A stretch of 55,666 bases of DNA from a virus (Duplodnaviria; Caudoviricetes), in the IMG/VR virus record IMGVR_UViG_3300046791_000457, positions 1 to 55,666 of that record; one strand, 5' to 3'. The position numbers were made by a program, and so were the translations under genes. Every line of letters begins with the position of its first letter. Positions within the stretch are counted from its first letter, which is position 1. Shown here one piece after another: positions 52,916-55,666 of the stretch. Below the pieces are notes generated by a model that saw only the letters and a list, made by a program, of their open reading frames with translations, was not told where the DNA came from and made no database searches.

Positions 52916-54357
52916 GCTGCACGCTCCTGGCTGGTGGGCACGTTGGCCGCGACGATTGCCTCGCTGAGCTGGGGGCAAACGGAATTCCCCGCCAGGCGGG
53001 TCTGAGCCGTCTTGGTCAGCGGCTTACCGTTGTGAATGGGCGCGATGTCGTAGTCGCGCGGGAATCCCTGGGCCGCGAAGAGCTCGTGGGGCTGAAGCAT
53101 TCTCATGCCCAGGTCCACGATCCGGTACGGCTCGCCATGCACCGTCACCAGGGCGAACCGGTCGCGCGCCGTCACCGTGCCGAGCGGGAGCTGCGCGCTG
53201 GCCGGCGTGCCGGTGCCGTAATACTTGATCAGGAACGCCTCGACGAGCGAGTGGTGATCCTGGGCGGTCACGGTGCCGAGCGTGCTGCGCGCGTCGTGCC
53301 CCACGACCCCGCCGTAGTGCTTGGCGATGAACGGCACCACCAGGTGCTTGTCGTTGGTGGCGCACACCGTCGCGAGGGGCAGCCCGAGCTGCTGACCGCG
53401 GAAGGTTCCGGCGCCGCAGCCCTCACGCAGACCCGCGCCCGTGATCGTCGAGTAGTGGCCGTGGCGCACCAGGAAGGGCTCGACCAGGGCGAACCGGTTG
53501 CTGGCGTCCAGGGTGCGCAGTGGCTCCCCGAGCGGGTGCACGCGCTCGGCCTGTCCTGCATCGCCGCCGTGGTACTTCATCACGAAGGGGTGTGCCGTCC
53601 CGAGCACGAAGCGCTCGACCCCGGTGGCGATGCGCCGGAGCGTGGCCTCGGCCAGGGGCTTCGAGCGTCCGAAGATGGAGGGGCAGGGCAGCGACCAGTC
53701 GATGATGCTCGCGGCCGGCTGCCACTTCTGCGCGCGGCCCTTCCCGTGCGACGGAGCGGGCCACACGATGGGCTGGCCGTCGCAGCGCGCGACCATGAAG
53801 AGCCGGCGGCGCGTGGTCGGGGTGCCGTAGTCGGCAGCTACGAGCTCGCGAAACTCGACCTGGTAGCCGAGGGCTCGGAGCTTGCCCACCCACATGCGAA
53901 AGGTGCGCCCGGCCTTCTCCTTCACCGGCTGGCCGGCGTTATCGAGCGGTCCCCAGGTCTGAAATTCCGCCACATTTTCTAGACAGATGACGCGGGGGCG
54001 CACAGTGCGGGCCCAGCGGATCACCACCCAGGCGAGGCCGCGGATCTTCTGGTCGCGGAGAGCGGTGCCCTTGGCGCGGCTGAAGTGCTTGCAGTCCGGG
54101 CTGAACCAGGCGAGCCCTACCGGCCGCCCGCCGCAGGCCTCGACCGGGTCGACCTCCCACACGTTCTCGCAGTAGTGGCGGGTCCGCGGGTGGTTGGCCT
54201 GGTGCATCGCGATCGCCTCGGCGTCGTGATTGATGGCGATGTCGATGGGCCGACCGAGCGCGGCTTCGATGCCGGTGCTCGCGCCGCCACCGCCGGCGAA
54301 CGAATCGACCACGAGCTCGTCCTCGAACGAGGCGCGGATCTGGGGAGGTCGCGTCAT
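52912..54357 (-). CDS. DNA (cytosine-5)-methyltransferase
   Basis: FAGGGG (motif I), SPDC (IV), ENV (VI), TTRRRLF (VIII) and GNSV (X). Confidence 0.93.
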   Translation of the reverse strand: MTRPPQIRASFEDELVVDSFAGGGGASTGIEAALGRPIDIAINHDAEAIAMHQANHPRTRHYCENVWEVDPVEACGGRPVGLAWFSPDCKHFSRAKGTALRDQKIRGLAWVVIRWARTVRPRVICLENVAEFQTWGPLDNAGQPVKEKAGRTFRMWVGKLRALGYQVEFRELVAADYGTPTTRRRLFMVARCDGQPIVWPAPSHGKGRAQKWQPAASIIDWSLPCPSIFGRSKPLAEATLRRIATGVERFVLGTAHPFVMKYHGGDAGQAERVHPLGEPLRTLDASNRFALVEPFLVRHGHYSTITGAGLREGCGAGTFRGQQLGLPLATVCATNDKHLVVPFIAKHYGGVVGHDARSTLGTVTAQDHHSLVEAFLIKYYGTGTPASAQLPLGTVTARDRFALVTVHGEPYRIVDLGMRMLQPHELFAAQGFPRDYDIAPIHNGKPLTKTAQTRLAGNSVCPQLSEAIVAANVPTSQERAA

Positions 54358-54671
54358 CCTGGGTCTCGCTCCAGGGCTTCGAGCAGCTCGAGCGACTCGC
54401 GGAGCAGCTTCCGGGCCACGGCGACCGTGTCGCGCTTCGCCTGGTCCATGTCGTCGGCCTTGCCGCGGACCACATCGCCAGTCCAACGCACGCACCAGCG
54501 GACGTCGCCTGTTCGGGGGGCCTCGTACACCGACAGCTTGACGGCGCCGCACGCGGCCTCGAAGCCGATGTCCCCGTCGAGGATGGGCTCCCAGGCTGCC
54601 CACTCGTCGATGAAGTCCTTCGTGAGCGCGGGCGCGCCCAGGTCCAGGGCTTGCTGCTGCTGCTTCGTCAC
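54354..54671 (-). CDS. Hypothetical protein
   Basis: Coupled ORF. Confidence 0.5.
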   Translation of the reverse strand: MTKQQQQALDLGAPALTKDFIDEWAAWEPILDGDIGFEAACGAVKLSVYEAPRTGDVRWCVRWTGDVVRGKADDMDQAKRDTVAVARKLLRESLELLEALERDPG

Positions 54672-54892
54672 GCCGTCTTCTCCTGCGTCAGGTGCGCCTC
54701 GAGCTCGCCGAGCAGCTCGGGCGGCGGCTCGGCCGCGGTTCCACCCTCGCGTAGCCCGGTGGCGGTGTTCGGGAAGTCACCGACGGACCAGCCCCAGGCG
54801 CCGTCGCCCTTGTGCCACGCCCGGATATGGTGCGAGCCGACATCCGCGGTCCGGATCCCGAGCCCGGTATCCTTCCAGCTGGCCTGGGTCAT
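54668..54892 (-). CDS. Hypothetical protein
   Basis: Coupled ORF; GGAGG RBS. Confidence 0.5.
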   Translation of the reverse strand: MTQASWKDTGLGIRTADVGSHHIRAWHKGDGAWGWSVGDFPNTATGLREGGTAAEPPPELLGELEAHLTQEKTA

Positions 54893-55212
54893 GAGCGCCT
54901 CCCGCGCATCCGATGGCGGAGCTGCTTGTCAGCGGCCACCTGGGCGCCGGTGCGCGCGGCGACCTCGGCGACTACCTCGGCGACTCGGCGGTCGGCCACG
55001 ATGCGATCGAGCTCCACGTCGAGCGCATCGACCACGCCGGCATTGTTGGCGTCGCAGCCGTGCAAGCCCCCTCGGTGGCCGCAGAAGTCGCAGCGGTCGA
55101 GCTCGTCCCAGCCCACCTCGATGTAGAAGCCCCCGCCCTGCACGTCGGCGGCTTCCGCGACCCGCTCCTGCAGGTCTTCCAGTACGCTGCTGTCTATCCG
55201 GATAGAGGTCAT
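54889..55212 (-). CDS. Hypothetical protein
   Basis: GGAG RBS; CDFC. Confidence 0.5.
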   Translation of the reverse strand: MTSIRIDSSVLEDLQERVAEAADVQGGGFYIEVGWDELDRCDFCGHRGGLHGCDANNAGVVDALDVELDRIVADRRVAEVVAEVAARTGAQVAADKQLRHRMRGRRS

Positions 55213-55215
55213 GGT

Positions 55216-55666
55216 CTACTCCGCGGTCTCGGTCGTGGGCGCGGCCTGGGGCTGGCGCGCCGCGAGTTCCCGCAGCCACGGCAACGGGTCGTCGCTGCCA
55301 CCGAACGGCAGCGCGCCCTTGATTTCTCCATGCGCCGCGCGCAGCAACAGCAGGGCCGCGGTGCTGGTGGACGTGTAGTGCTCCAGCAGCTTGCCGGCGT
55401 CGCCGGCCAGCTGTACTGCCCAGCCGGCCGCGCAGTGCTTCGTGCCGCAAGCGCTGTGCCACTGGCCCTGGTCGTGCGTCTCGGGATGCTGCTCGATCTG
55501 CTCGACCACGCGGCCGGCGAGATTTGGGATCACCGGGATCGGCGGGAGGGAGGCACCGACGAGGGAGGCACCGTCGAGGGAGGCACCGACGAGGGAGGCA
55601 TTGCGGAGGGAGGCACCGACGAGGGAGGCACCGTCGAGGGAGGCACCGACGAGGGAGGCATTGCGG
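55216..55666 (-). CDS. Pentapeptide-repeat protein (5' end outside the window)
   Basis: RNASL-VGASL-DGASL repeats in frame with ...WHSACGTKHCAAGWAV C-domain. Confidence 0.85.
   Translation of the reverse strand, partial: RNASLVGASLDGASLVGASLRNASLVGASLDGASLVGASLPPIPVIPNLAGRVVEQIEQHPETHDQGQWHSACGTKHCAAGWAVQLAGDAGKLLEHYTSTSTAALLLLRAAHGEIKGALPFGGSDDPLPWLRELAARQPQAAPTTETAE
55545..55666 (-). repeat. 15-nt tandem repeat with 60-nt higher-order period
   Basis: GAGGGAGGCA core every 15 nt; the four-unit block repeats exactly. Confidence 0.9.

Noticed and set aside
55545-55666. CRISPR array
   Set aside because: The period is 15 nt with no unique spacers, and it translates as in-frame pentapeptide repeats.
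123-55666. Stop-codon reassignment
   Set aside because: Conserved genes are full length in the standard code, and TGA, TAG and TAA all end genes at coupled junctions.

Overview
GC-rich temperate tailed-phage genome segment, apparently in the non-integrated state because an intact attP has phage genes on both sides. The + strand from 123 to 38.9 kb is the late region. It holds a lambda-like packaging/head module (TerS, GpA-type TerL, gpW, portal, S49 protease with nested scaffold, decoration protein, capsid E) and a Mu-like contractile tail (sheath, tube, frameshifting chaperone, tape measure, gpN/gpP/gp45-48-like proteins). It also holds several fibre/adhesin candidates, lipoproteins and a PG-binding/CHAP endolysin. 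The most striking feature is a 7-gene, translationally coupled nucleotide-sugar/glycosyltransferase/methyltransferase cassette between the tail tube and tail chaperone genes, a candidate virion glycosylation system. The - strand from 39 to 55.7 kb is the early/accessory region. It contains two near-identical sigma70 promoters driving small cassettes, a HerA-like ATPase, DUF1643, an attP matching a tmRNA 3' end, a tyrosine integrase fused to an XRE-like HTH, an excisionase, DUF5131, a C5 DNA methyltransferase and a truncated pentapeptide-repeat gene. All family calls come from motif recognition by eye and gene order; no searches were run.
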